Positions 26,005 through 39,924 of a stretch of 64,000 nucleotides of DNA are shown here, piece by piece. The stretch comes from Octopus bimaculoides (lineage: Eukaryota). The notes beneath the pieces are model-generated. The model was given only the letters and a program-made list of their open reading frames with translations. It did not search any database and had not been told where the DNA came from. The position numbers were made by a program, and so were the translations under genes. Numbering within the stretch: the first letter of the stretch is position 1; every line of letters begins with the position of its first letter. Location: positions 24,808,008-24,872,007 of the forward strand of contig NC_068999.1 in assembly GCF_001194135.2 (NCBI RefSeq), given 5' to 3'.

Positions 26005-29000
26005 TTAAATACTCTAGCAGTGTTTATCTTTTTAGTTGTTTCAGTGGATTGTGACAATGTTGGGCTTTAATCAGTTTTAACCCAGTTGCTGATAGACCAA
26101 TTCATAGATTAATTCATTAAAACAATGAACTTATTTCTCACATCTTTCTCCCCATATTTCTCTCTCTCTCTTCTAATCTTGTTTTCTTTTTTTTTTTTAT
26201 GTATACAAACATTTAGAACTAGAATGATGGCATTTCCAATTTATTGATAATTAAACAAGTAGAAATATTCCCAGAAAAATATAAAACTAATAATGTTGGA
26301 AATCTGGACAAGTTAAATATACAGGGAAAAGAAATCATTAGAGCTGCCTGCTAATAATGTCAACAAGTCACATACAAAACTGATTTCTAAATGAAATTCC
26401 ATATAGAAATTTTGAGGTAAATACCTTTGCATCTGCGTGTGTGTGTGTGTGTTTATGAATAAAACAACAATTTTTTAAAAATCTTAAATGCTCAATTAAA
26501 TATATGTCAGCTTACCTCACAACTTTCTATGACTCAAAATTTACTTTTATAGATTTGGGAACATCAAATAGTTTATGCATTTTCTTTTTAGGAATAAGAA
26601 GTCAGAAAAGAAATTGGTTGTCCAATGTCTTGACTCTAACAAGTAATTTACTTCATCTTAATAGTAGATTTATTAGCTTTTTGTCTTTCAGTTTTATGAA
26701 AAAAATATCATTTCTGGCTCTGTAAAGTTCTGATTAAAAATTATCAATACAAACTGGTAAAAAAAGAAATATGTATATACATATATTGATAAAACTGAGT
26801 TTGAGAAATATGGTGGTACTCTGTGTCAGCCAATATTTAAAGTGAAGTAAATGAATTTGGATAAGTTCATATACCATAGGAGGAAGAGGAATTAGGTAAT
26901 ATATATTATATTGGATTAATCATATCACTGTGATTAAATGCTGGCTGAGAAAATAGTTTCTGCTTGTAGAAGATATTCCTTAAACTTGTTATATTTGACA
27001 TGTTTTGGTGCCTTTACAGGTGGCCGTTCTGTTGTAAGTAGTAGGACTTGATCTCTTATCTAAGGAGAGCTTTCTCTCTTCTTCTTACTAGTCATGGATG
27101 TCTTGGGTTATAACTATCACCTCTCCTCTGACTAAGCAATAACAATGAAATGAATAAATAAAATAAAAGTTATGTATATCTCTTTAAATTTAATATGTTG
27201 CTGACAAACATTAACTTAGTATTAAAAAAATTTTTATGAATTCCTTTCCTCACTATTTATGAAATTCTTATTTTTATTCACGTTATATTGAAAAGAAAAG
27301 CTATTTGCAAATTGTGTGAATATGCACAGAAAAATTTGTGAGGCTACAATATCAGAAGCACAAAACTTTTATTTATATATAAATGCATATCAATTTGAAT
27401 GAGTAAAATAAGCAATTATGTTCTCATTTTCAAAAGAACTCATTGTTTATTTAAAATTTTTATCATGGAAAGAAAAAGTAAGTAAAAATGAGTGATGTTG
27501 TTAATCCTTGATATATTAGATGAAAATCTAGCTGATAATCTATACTAATGTATGATCATAGTTGATTTCATAAACATTTTAATGGTGATATTAATGTCTG
27601 GAGTTAAAATATGCTTTAGTATAGACTGTTGGAAGTTCAAAGTTCCAAACTGAATCACCTGAGAACACTATTTATTGCATATCTAAAAAGAATGGCATCC
27701 CATGGGAAGCAAAGTATACTGCCAAGTTTGTATGCTTTCCAAATTCTTATGACTCATAAGGCTTGCATAAGTGTCCAGCTTTTGTATCATAAAGTAAATG
27801 AAAAACAAACTTTTTCTCAGATTATCTACCATGGGTAAAATAATCTGTTTTAAATGTTACAGTATCTAAGCTATAAGTCTGGAACCTCATTCACTCTATA
27901 CTTCCATACTATCAAAAAGTTTATAGCAATGATTTTGTTGTAAAGCTTTCTAAAAATGAAATTTGTTGTTATTTGGTTAATGTTTTCTCTAAGAATTGGA
28001 ATTTATGATTTATAGTTTTGTATAAATATAGGTAATGATATGAATTTGTAACTTGTAAAGGGAAATACAGGTAACAATTGAGGACATACTGACAACTTTT
28101 TGGCTGTACTGTGAGATCACAGATGAGACCTACCATCTAGAAGAGAGACACACAGAATACAGTGTGGCTGTAGAGACCACAGTGCTGACAAACAGGTTGA
28201 AATGGGGGTATACAGTATAAATAGTTAATCCAAAGAGAGGATAAACTGAGTTTAGGATGGACATATAAATAACAGTAGAAACATATAAAGTATAAAGTAA
28301 ACATACAAAAAACCCCAATGTGGAAATATAGACCAAAATAGATATAAATATAGATTATACAATTTGATCACAAAGACCATATTCACAATATGCAACTGAA
28401 AATGTAACACTGTACAACACAATGCAGAAATACTGAACACAGTAGAATGCTGTGTATGCATATAGAATATATGATGGATCTATTGGTCAAGTTTTAAACA
28501 TAGAGACTGCAATATGGAAATATAGATCTCAGTATAAACATATGTATGAAATTTGTGTATATTCACAAAATACTCTCACTTTCTCACAAACACACATATG
28601 CATGTATGTGTGCACATGACACACACACGCATAGTGTACCACATTATAAGCACAAAATTTATATACATATAAGAAAACATAAGAGTGCTCAAAGAAATTA
28701 ATTAGGAAGTGTACAGTATATAAGCTGTTTTCTCACATAAATATATATATGTACATTTTTATGCATGTATACATGCATGTGTATGTATGGGCATGTATAT
28801 ATATATATATATNNNNNNNNNNNNNNNNNNNNNNNNNNNNNNNNNNNNNNNNNNNNNNNNNNNNNNNNNNNNNNNNNNNNNNNNNNNNNNNNNNNNNNNN
28901 NNNNNNNNNNNNNNNNNNNNNNNNNNNNNNNNNNNNNNNNNNNNNNNNNNNNNNNNNNNNNNNNNNNNNNNNNNNNNNNNNNNNNNNNNNNNNNNNNNNN

Positions 29001-29503
29001 NNNNNNNNNNNNNNNNNNNNNNNNNNNNNNNNNNNNNNNNNNNNNNNNNNNNNNNNNNNNNNNNNNNNNNNNNNNNNNNNNNNNNNNNNNNNNNNNNNNN
29101 NNNNNNNNNNNNNNNNNNNNNNNNNNNNNNNNNNNNNNNNNNNNNNNNNNNNNNNNNNNNNNNNNNNNNNNNNNNNNNNNNNNNNNNNNNNNNNNNNNNN
29201 NNNNNNNNNNNNNNNNNNNNNNNNNNNNNNNNNNNNNNNNNNNNNNNNNNNNNNNNNNNNNNNNNNNNNNNNNNNNNNNNNNNNNNNNNNNNNNNNNNNN
29301 NNNNNNNNNNNNNNNNNNNNNNNNNNNNNNNNNNNNNNNNNNNNNNNNNNNNNNNNNNNNNNNNNNNNNNNNNNNNNNNNNNNNNNNNNNNNNNNNNNNN
29401 NNNNNNNNNNNNNNNNNNNNNNNNNNNNNNNNNNNNNNNNNNNNNNNNNNNNNNNNNNNNNNNNNNNNNNNNNNNNNNNNNNNNNNNNNNNNNNNNNNNN
29501 NNN

Positions 29504-29552
<49 letters not shown>

Positions 29553-32500
29553 GTATATATGTATACATATATGTATATACATGCACACATATATATATTG
29601 TTTCTAATTTAGGCAGGAAGCCAGCAATTGTGAGGGGAGGGGTTGGTTGATTATCATCAACCCCAGTACTTAACCAGCACTTTATTCTATCCACTTCAGA
29701 AAGATGAAAGGCAAAGATGGCTTCCATGGTATTTAAACTCAGATTGTAAAGGGCCAGAAGTAATATTGCAAATTATTTCTCTGATGGCTAATGATTCTGC
29801 ACAGATACTATATATATAAATATATATATATATAACAAAACAGGAAAATGGAAATTTTTGGGCATTATTTATTCTCTATTACACAAGTTTCATTTGCTAT
29901 TTGGAATTACAGCGTTTTATTTATATGTCATATAGGCATGTAAGAAATTTCCTATTAGAAATTCTTCAAACAGAGAGAAAAAAATTTTTATAATATCAAA
30001 ATATAATTTTTTTCCTCTGTCTGACGAATTTCTTAGAGGAACTTCCTTACATGTCTATATGACATGTAAAACACTGTAATTTCTATTAGCAAATGAAACA
30101 TGTGGAATGGAAAATAAATAATACCCCAAAATTTCTAAGTTCCAGTTTTGTCATACAATAACTCTGCAAGTAATATTTCCATAATCCTGGATTTTAATAT
30201 GCATTTTGAACTAACATATGGCAGCAACTGTGGCTACATAGTGATTGTAATAATGGAATAAACAGATGTGCTTCAAGAGGAAACATCTGGGAGTTACCCA
30301 AGCTACCTACCTATATATATATATAGAGGTTAAAAAAGCCACCTTAAGGGATAGAAAATATCCAATGAATTACTGGTTTGTAACCTATTATTTTGCTGTG
30401 AACAGTAATATTCCTAAAATGATAGGTTTAAATATAAATCTTGGTTTATAAATATTCAAATTAAAATCCAGAAAATGGAGAAAATTATATTAATGCTACT
30501 TCTCCATTTTCTGGATTTTAATTTGAACATATATATATGCATATTATGTATATAATATATATATATATTATATATATATTATATATATATATATATATAT
30601 ACATATATATATTATACATACATATATATAATATGTATATGTATATATGAAATATGTATACACACATACATATATATATGAATGCTTGTATATGTTTTGA
30701 CGAGAAGTAACAAAACAGTTCAGTCATTCAAGGCCTTTTTTTTTTTACCTTTCTTAGTTCAAGAATAAAGTGCTATTGAATGTTTAAGGATCTATATTCT
30801 TGGTAATCCAAGATTAAAATAATTATCTTCTTTTCTCTTTTTCATTTCAAATTACATTTAAAAAAAAAATTATAAGAATACATTGTATTGGCACCAAACT
30901 ATGGATGGCTTGGGTAATGAAAACATTCTATTAAATGTTTTGAAAACATTCCTAAAGATGTTTATAGAAAGCAATGAGATTTTCTTCTTGTTCTTTATAT
31001 TTTAAAACAGCTGAGCTGTAGGCAAGAACAATGTTGAAAGCCTATTGACTAATAAGTGAAATTTGTCAAAATTGTTCAAAAGTATTTGATTGATGAAGTG
31101 TTACATTCAGTTATAAACAGATCCATTGTTACAGACTCAATAAGCTTGTATTGTAGTAAAAAATATATTACAGTGTGTTACTATATAAATTATGCTTCTG
31201 TGAAAATGTTTACTGTATTGAATACAAGTTTTATTTTGTCAATAATTAACTCTAGCTACATGTCATTAAATTTTCATCTGAATAAAATAAATATATTTTC
31301 TCCATTTCTAGGTCAATGAAGAAAGACATGTAGAATTAAGTGTCCTATTCAGAAACAGATAAAAGAAGCTTGAAGCAGATTAGAACTGAAGACTCTGGAA
31401 TTGTAGTTCACGTTATCTACTCAGCCATTTGCTGTTTGCTTCTATAGAATGTATATCTTTTTGTGTGTGATCTACATTTTTGTATTATTTCTGGTATAAA
31501 AATTGAGCGATTTTTCTATATTATGGCAATACTTGTCACCTGAGAAGATCGGTAGTATTGGAGGGAAATGAATGGATTGAGAAAGGTTAACAACAGTGAA
31601 GTTGAATAACTGGTGTGAGCAAATAAGTAGAATGGGAGTTTGACTAATGTAGTAAAACAATATTGTGGTACAGAACAGAACTTTGATTGTAATGAATAAA
31701 TGTAAAGTGACTGGGAAAACTGTGTTTGCTTTCCCTTAATAAACAGTATTACTAATAAAGAATGTTAGCATTTAATTATACATATGATCTATGCATGATA
31801 TCTGTTTTTATTATTATGTTTACATCTAGTATCAGAGTAATCCTAGATGGAGAAAGTTTGATGTCATGAAAACTAGGCTGAGCTCTATTACACCACAATT
31901 CTTTTCAGTAACCAGTGGAGAAGAAAAAGTTAGAAAAGTCATGTGTGGTAGCTTCAATATTATCATTTTGAGTTAGCTGTAATATTTGTGTTAGACATCA
32001 GCTATTAGTTCTTGTGTACATGACTAGGGAACTCATAGCATATGTTAGAAAGGTTTGCATAGACAATTATAATATGATGAAATGATACATATCTCATGAA
32101 TGATTTGCATCCCAATAACACCAGAGGTAATGGTATAAGTATAGCTTTAGTGCTTTGCAGACATATGGGATGGAGCATCTCAGTAGTGATGGCAGGGAAA
32201 TTTCAGCAACTGTCTTAGGTAAAGTAACAAATAAATGCTAATAAAACCTCTGTTAATATTGTAGTTTTCTGAAACTTACTAGGTGTTAGCCTTTATAAAT
32301 TAAGGAATTAAAGAATTATTTAATGACTGCATCATTAACAGAATAGTTTCTAAATATAAATGATAATTCATAGCATCTTTCTGTCAACTGATTTTCAGTG
32401 CCTTTTGATCCCTTAAGAATTCCAGCAACTGAAAGGAGACTGATATCTTTGATTATTTAAATCTGATAGAGAGAAAAAAATAATAAAATTATAGAGAAAT

Positions 32501-33023
32501 CCTGTTGTGTGTAATTGCATGAAGATTAATATATGTAATTTTTGGAAATGTGTGTATTAAGTCAGAATGAAACAAAAAGAATGAGAAAATCAAAAACAAA
32601 CATATGTATTGCAAAGTTCCAGTTATAAGAAAGCTATTGGCACCCAAAAAGGAGTGGAATGAGAAACAATGAGATAATGGTATACTTGGATAGGGTTTTA
32701 TGGTTAAAGTATAACAAGATGCCAGTAGTACGTTGCAGGTATACCAGTTGATAAATAGACTTGTTACTAGTCAGGTTGAGGCACTGTGTGTCTCAATAGG
32801 AGTTAAATGGGCCAGAATTTACCTGTTTTTGCTCTCTTTTCTGACATCTTTTGTTGTCACAGAAGCTTACACTACATGGTACTAAATTAGAAACAGTTGG
32901 AATGGATGCGTTTTGAACACTTGCAATGCTATTGTTAGAATAGCAAACCAGGTGCAAAGTTGATAGATCCTTGATAATCTTGTTTATGAGAGTAATTTTT
33001 TTTTAATTAATGATTTTTTTTTT

Positions 33024-33251
33024 TCAGTCCAAAAGTAAGCTAAAAGTAGTTTGATAGGATCCTTCTCTGAAGTTGGAAGCCCACACCGAACATGTAACTG
33101 TCACAGCCATTGATCTTTTGATTCCTTTGAACATGATGAAAACCAGAGGGGACAAGTAATTTTCCTGTCCATGGTATGGAAAGTAATAAAGAGGGAAACC
33201 AGCCATAGGTTTATAAATCACTTCACCCATATTGTCTTGATCCACTTGGGT
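33024..33251 (-). CDS. ATP1B: Na+/K+-ATPase beta-like terminal exon TQVDQDNMGEVIYKPMAGFPLYYFPYHGQENYLSPLVFIMF...TVTCSVWASNF...FSLLLD*
   Basis: ttttag acceptor, phase 0. Contains the hallmark GF..YYFPY.GQ.NYLSPLV motif and the C.xWA.N motif; TGA stop at 33026-33024. Confidence 0.92.
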   Translation of the reverse strand, partial: TQVDQDNMGEVIYKPMAGFPLYYFPYHGQENYLSPLVFIMFKGIKRSMAVTVTCSVWASNFREGSYQTTFSLLLD

Positions 33252-33492
33252 CTAAAATAAAGATAAAACAACCCAAATGAAGTATAATTTCAGAAAATAA
33301 ACAAACATTTAAATAGTTATTATATACATGCAACCATACCTAGTCATGATGTAAAGAGTGTTTAAGTTTAAAATCCAAGCATTTGACTGAGGAACCTGAT
33401 GTACAGTTTGGAATATCTTTAGTAGTCTCTCATCTCATCTTGTTATATATGCTGTTCCATGCTCTTTGAGTTAGGCCTAAACTTCAATTTAA

Positions 33493-33712
33493 CCCTTTAG
33501 CATTCAGATTCTTCTATGAAATGTAATACTTATTCATTCACATTGTTTAAAATTAATCATGCATTATCTTTGAGCTTCGAGTTTTTGATGATGTGATTAT
33601 TTAATTTTAGAATGACATTGTAGTGTGGTTGTGAGAAGCCAAATCTGGCTGGTTTGAACAAAAAACAAGAAGAATATTTGAGCCAGATATGGTTAGTTTA
33701 CATGCTAAAGCA
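33493..33712. mobile_element. piggyBac-like MITE, second copy
   Basis: TTAA-ccctttagcat...atgctaaagca-TTAA; interior homologous to 25785-26004 in the opposite orientation. Confidence 0.7.
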
Positions 33713-33898
33713 TTAAAGAAAGTTGAGATGATTTGACATAAAACTAATGAGATGGATTAAAACAACTCAAAATACACTTTACAGTAAAACAAAGTATATC
33801 ATGTTAATATGATGTGTTAATTGAAAGGTTATCTAAAATTCATTAGCTTATTATAATAATTGTAACTGTTGTTGTTTGGCATGAATGTATGTGCTTAT

Positions 33899-35218
33899 CT
33901 TTTACTTGTTTCAGTCATTTGACTGTGGCCATGCTGGGGCACCATCTTGAAGGGCTTTAGTCAAACAAATCGACCCCAGGCCTTTTTTTATTTTTAAAGC
34001 TTGGTACTTATTCTATTGTTCTCTTTTGCTGAACTGTTAAGTTACGGGGATGTAAACACACCAACACCATTGTCAAGTGGTGATGGGGGACAAACACAGA
34101 TGCAAAGACACACACACACACATATGATGGGCTTCTTTCAGTTTCTGTCTACCAAATCCACTCACATGACTTTGGTTGGCCCAAGGCTATAGTGGAAGAC
34201 ACTTGCCCAAGGCACCACGCCATGTGGTTGGGAAGCAAGCCTCTTGTCACAGAGCTGTGCCTGTGCCGTAGGGTCTTACTTGGAAAATAACTTTTCTTCC
34301 TGTGATTTATTCGATCAAATAAAAACAAATCCTCTGTTTTTATCTTGGGACATTAACAAAAACTGCTGGATTGCCTAAGGCCCTACTCCATTTGCCTGGG
34401 GTGGGAAAGGTTTGTCTAAATATTGTTTTAACTATATTCATATTTTATTTTTTACTTGTATCAGGTTGTGACCATGCTGGGGCACTCCCTTGAAGGATTT
34501 GGTTGACAAAAAATCACCTCAGTACTTATTTCACTTTAAGCCTAGTACTTATTTTATCAGTCTTTTTTGCTGAACCACTAAGATAATGGGACATAAACAA
34601 ACCAACACTGGTTGTCAAGCAGTGGAGGGGGACAAACATAGACATACACACACACATCCATCCATCCATCCATACATACACACACACACATACAACAATA
34701 TATACATACATACATACATACACACATTCACACCTATATGCATATATACATACATACAACAGGTTTCTTTCAGTTTGCTTCTACCAAATCCACTCACAAG
34801 GCTTTGACTGGCCCAGCGCTATAATAGAAGATGCTTACCCAAGGTTCCACACTGTAGGACTGAATCCAGAACCATTTGGTTGGGAAGCAAACCTCTTACC
34901 ATATAGCTCCTCACTTTCCCATACTCACATAGGTTAGATGGAATTTTGTTGAGGTACATTTTCTCATGAGTGGTATTCTTTTATTCTTTTACTTGTTTCA
35001 GTCACTTGACTGTGACCATGCTGGAGGCCAAATTGACTCAAACAAATCGACTCCAGGACTTATTTTTTGTAAGCCTAGTACTTATTCTATTGGTCTCTTT
35101 TGCTGAACCACTAAGCTTCAGGGACGAAAACACACCAACATCAGTTGTCAAGCAATGGCAGGGGGATAAACGCAGACACACACAAACATGAATATATACA
35201 TATATACATACATACATC

Positions 35219-35250
<32 letters not shown>

Positions 35251-35483
35251 NNNNNNNNNNNNNNNNNNNNNNNNNNNNNNNNNNNNNNNNNNNNNNNNNN
35301 NNNNNNNNNNNNNNNNNNNNNNNNNNNNNNNNNNNNNNNNNNNNNNNNNNNNNNNNNNNNNNNNNNNNNNNNNNNNNNNNNNNNNNNNNNNNNNNNNNNN
35401 NNNNNNNNNNNNNNNNNNNNNNNNNNNNNNNNNNNNNNNNNNNNNNNNNNNNNNNNNNNNNNNNNNNNNNNNNNNNNNNNNNN

Positions 35484-35547
<64 letters not shown>

Positions 35548-35645
35548 GTTGGCCCAAGGCTATAGTAGAAGACACTTGCCCAAGGTGCCATGCAATGGGA
35601 TTGGAACTGGAACCATGTGGCTGGGGAGCAAGCTTCTTGCCATGC
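33899..35645 (-). mobile_element. Three tandem tRNA-derived SINE family B copies with internal microsatellites
   Basis: Each has ccaagg...gacacttgccc (CORE-like ccttgggcaagt on the minus strand), a central (CA/CATA)n tract and a tcttttactt tail. Confidence 0.85.
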
Positions 35646-35959
35646 CAGTTCTTATTTAAGATTGTAGGTTGTGATATAAGAGAGGTTTTGCTTGTATTTC
35701 TAGCAAGTCAAGTGACCACATAGTATCTTGTAGGTAGCTTTATTAGGGTTATACTAATTTGCTTATGAATATTTGTGGTTACAATAATAAATACTTACAT
35801 TTCCCTGACATGTTACTGGTAATGTCCATGGTTCAATATCTAGCATTTCCTCTAAATTCACTGGAAAATTTGTGTCATTTTCAGAAAATGGAATTGGTCT
35901 CAGTTCTTGAGGCTGGAAAAAAATTCATTACATTAATTACATAACAAACTTAATTAAAA

Positions 35960-37093
35960 TGGAATGTCAAGTTAAGAAAAACGAGCATTTTCGATACCTT
36001 CCTCTTTTTTCCTTTTAAGGCTGCAAAAGCTGCTTGTGACATTTGTGCTGTGTATGTAGAGGGTGCCATAGCTGAAAGAACCACTCGTGATTGGTATGCC
36101 AAGTTCAAAAGTGGAAATTTTGACCTCAAAGAGACACCTTGTTCTGGCCGTCCAGTTGAATTCGATGAGGTGCTATTAAACCAACTTTTGCATGAAAATT
36201 CTCATCAAACGACAAGGGAACTGGCAGAGAAAATGGAATGCTCCCACACTACTATAGAGAAGCATCTTCACTTGATGGGAAAGGTTCAGAAGTATGGAGC
36301 ATGGGTTCCTCATGCATTAAGTGACAACAAAAATCAACGAGCCACAATCTCCGCTGGTTTACTTGCTCGTCACTGCTCAACTCATGGACACAAACAACGA
36401 TTTCTTTACCGCATCGTTACTGGCGACGAAAAATGGTGCCTGTACATCAATATGAAGCAGCGTAAGGAATGGCTTAGCCCCGGTAAACAAACGNNNNNNN
36501 NNNNNNNNNNNNNNNNNNNNNNNNNNNNNNNNNNNNNNNNNNNNNNNNNNNNNNNNNNNNNNNNNNNNNNNNNNNNNNNNNNNNNNNNNNNNNNNNNNNN
36601 NNNNNNNNNNNNNNNNNNNNNNNNNNNNNNNNNNNNNNNNNNNNNNNNNNNNNNNNNNNNNNNNNNNNNNNNNNNNNNNNNNNNNNNNNNNNNNNNNNNN
36701 NNNNNNNNNNNNNNNNNNNNNNNNNNNNNNNNCATATCGCCAGTATGACCAAGGAAGCCATTCAAACACATGGCTGGGAAGTGCTGCAACACCCGCCGTA
36801 CTCTCCTGGTTTGGCAAACGGATTTCCACCTCTATCGACCTTTTTCAAATGCTATGTGTGGAATTTCGTTCAATACTGATGCAGAATTGAGAGCTAGGTT
36901 GGATCAATTTTTCGAGTCAAAATCAGGTGATTTCTACCAGCGAGGTATTGAAAATCTTGTTGAATGTTGGGAAGAAGTTGTAAACAACAAGGGTGAATAC
37001 ATTATTGATTAATTAGTTGTTATTTTTTATTAAACCTTTTAAAAAATTTAAATTAAAAGAAAAAAAACGGCGGGAACTTAATTGCCAACCTAA
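35960..37093 (+). mobile_element. Mariner transposase (defective, interrupted by an N gap)
   Basis: WVPHAL, IVTGDEKW and HPPYSP motifs; right TIR ...gaacttaattgccaacctaa followed by TA. No matching left TIR recognised. Confidence 0.9.
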
Positions 37094-37096
37094 TAT

Positions 37097-37385
37097 GTTT
37101 ACTGAAGGTAGTTTTAAAGTATGATTCAACAAGCATGCTTCCACTTTAAGAAAATGGAGCAAGTTCAATACCACAAAGCTCTCCAGCAACATCTAGGGTT
37201 TGAAATAGAGTGGAAAATTCTGAAAATATGCAAACCTTACATGAATGGTTGTTGATGATGTGAGCTCTTTAGTGCAAAATAGTGGTTTATCCTGAAATGA
37301 GATCATTGGATCCTAACACTTGTCTAACTGTTAAAAGGGAGACATTTAGGAGCTGTCAACATGCCATCAAGTACATCCTCAGATA
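37097..37385 (+). mobile_element. Penelope-like GIY-YIG endonuclease remnant
   Basis: TEGSFKV*FNKH...IEWKILKICKPY...CEL...FILK...SCQH matches the C-terminal pattern of Penelope-like elements. Confidence 0.6.
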
Positions 37386-38259
37386 TTGATCTCCAGCCAC
37401 ACAGACACAAAACCAGCAAGAGATTTTATGAACTTTTAAACTACATGCTAAATGTATATACACTGTTAAAAGGCACAATGCTGTGGTTTTGTCTGAGAGA
37501 AAAATCTCTTCACTGATATGTTAAAAAAATAATGTGTAAAAGAAAACTTTCTCTAAAACGAAATTATAGCATCATATCTTTCAACAGTGTATATAAATTT
37601 AGTATGATATACAGAAGGCGATTTTAATTTAATGATGTTTCTATTGCAGTCATGGAGTTACTACAATTTTTATTAATTATTACAAAGTATTACTTTTCAT
37701 TATTTTAAATAATTTTCTTAATATGCATGTTGATGTATGTATATGTATGTATTATACATGCATATATGTATGTATTATACATGCATATATGTATATGCAT
37801 GTTAGTAATTATGTGTGTACATATAAATCCTTTTTGCATTTTTATATTAGATTCATATATTGTTGCATGATTTTATATTAAAAAATGAATTTTATATAAA
37901 GTTTATGTTTTTATGTATTATTATTAAAATCTTCTCATCACACTCCCCATACAGTGTATTACTATATTCTTAGAAGTACCATTGATAGGAAGAATAAAAA
38001 TATAAAGAGAATATGGAGATATTGATAAGATTTGAAACAATGAGGACAAGTAATGAGAATAAAAGTACAGACTAAAGCTATAAGACCGCCATCGGAGTTA
38101 TGGCCTGATATTAAACTAATTAGGGTTGAAATTAAATAAAATCATTAAGAAATAAGTTATTGATCATACAAGAAAAATTTAAGCAGAATGCTATTAAGAT
38201 GTAGATAACACTTTTAATACAATCACCTGTTATAAAGCTGGAGAAACACAAAGAATAAG

Positions 38260-38910
38260 AATGCTATCTCTGACTCTATTAAAATTAAGTATGTTAGTTA
38301 AATGGAATTTTCGAATTGTTGGAAACAAGTATAATAATTTGTTAATTAGAGCTGATCTACATCTGAAAATTTCAAGAGCTTCCATTGAACATAAATTACA
38401 ACTACCTTCTGTGTATGGGGGTGATGTATGGATATAACTGACCATAAAATTGAGTAATCAGTATTGCTCTTTTTGAGATCCAAGATAAATTTAGTGTGGA
38501 AGATGCTCAGAGCTTTCCTTTTATTATAAAAGGAATGTATATGATTATGAAATCTAAATTTGAATTTAGATATCATAGCACTTATGCAATAATGAACTTT
38601 ATCAGCTGTTTTAACAGAACATTTATGAACTAAATTATTTCTAAGCAATTGGTTATTTAAAGGGCATATCTTCTGATTCCCATAGTTACACATACTATTA
38701 GGTTTGCTATCTGAAGAGACCCTGGATATTGCATTTGTATTATTGCTGTTGCTAAGAGAGGGAAATTAAAAGTATGCACCTTATTACTAAACCTATTTAA
38801 TTTATTATTGTTAACAGTTGCTATCTTACTAGCTAAAGTAAGCATTGTAGAATACACAAACTTCTTTGTATACTCATTAAAGATTTTACTATGCTTACTA
38901 GAGGAGTTCA
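38260..38910 (-). mobile_element. Penelope-like GIY-YIG endonuclease remnant
   Basis: CNYGNQKICPLNNQ...NLVHKCSV...FKFRFHNHIHSF...KFILDLKK...YSILWS and PPYTEGSCNLCSMEALEI. Confidence 0.72.
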
Positions 38911-39728
38911 ATGCTTCTCCAAAGCCCTATAGAAAATTGAAGGATAATCTGAGACTACATTAATTCCAAAAAAAGGGGGAGGGGCTTAAACCATGTAATA
39001 TTTTCTATGTAACCTACTTCTACCAGTTTATTGTTTTTAAGAGTGGTGGGGATAATTCTAGATTCAATCATTCTTGTGCTTTCTTAGAATGTGCAATAAA
39101 TATCATCAGACTTAAAACTTGTTATATTTAAATTCACTGTTTCTACTCCTAGTAGGTTGAGGCCTGATTCTTGATGTGTCTAGATTTGGCACAGGCTTCA
39201 CCATGTGACAAATAATATTCCTACTGATGTGCATGCCTTTTATAGTAGTTAATGTTTCCAAGATGAGCTGAATACAACCCCCTATCCTGTCATTAGGGCC
39301 ATGCTTTCTATACCTATATTTGTGGAGAAATGGGTATCATCTAACTTAAGAAAATTAGATGATAGCATTTACATTAAGAAAAGAAGGGATGTAAACTAGA
39401 TTAAATTGTAGTGGCATTTATTTTTTTGGAGGGTTTGGTTTGGGGTATGAGTGATCTTCTCTTTAAGTTTGCTTGCTACAAGAGCAGTAACATGATAGTG
39501 GGGAGTGGACACAAAATCCTTCTACTCATTCCTTTAATTAGTTTCTTAAATGCCATGGTCGGGCAGCAATAACATTTTGCCTTTTCTGAAAGGCTTTACA
39601 CAAAGAACTTCTGTAGCAGCTATTGTTTTTTGGCATTGTTCAACTTAATATGCCCATCTGATAAATGCATGGCGTTAGTACCTTTACACAAAAAGGTCTA
39701 ACATAATTTGTTGGTATGATATTCATTA

Positions 39729-39770
<42 letters not shown>

Positions 39771-39889
39771 TTTTTTTAAGAAGAAAAAATTCTACATTGT
39801 ATTGTCCCCTCTATATTGAGACCTGTGTGTCTAATAAAAGAAATGTATGTATGTATGTATGTATGTATGTATGTATGTATGTATGTATG

Positions 39890-39924
<35 letters not shown>

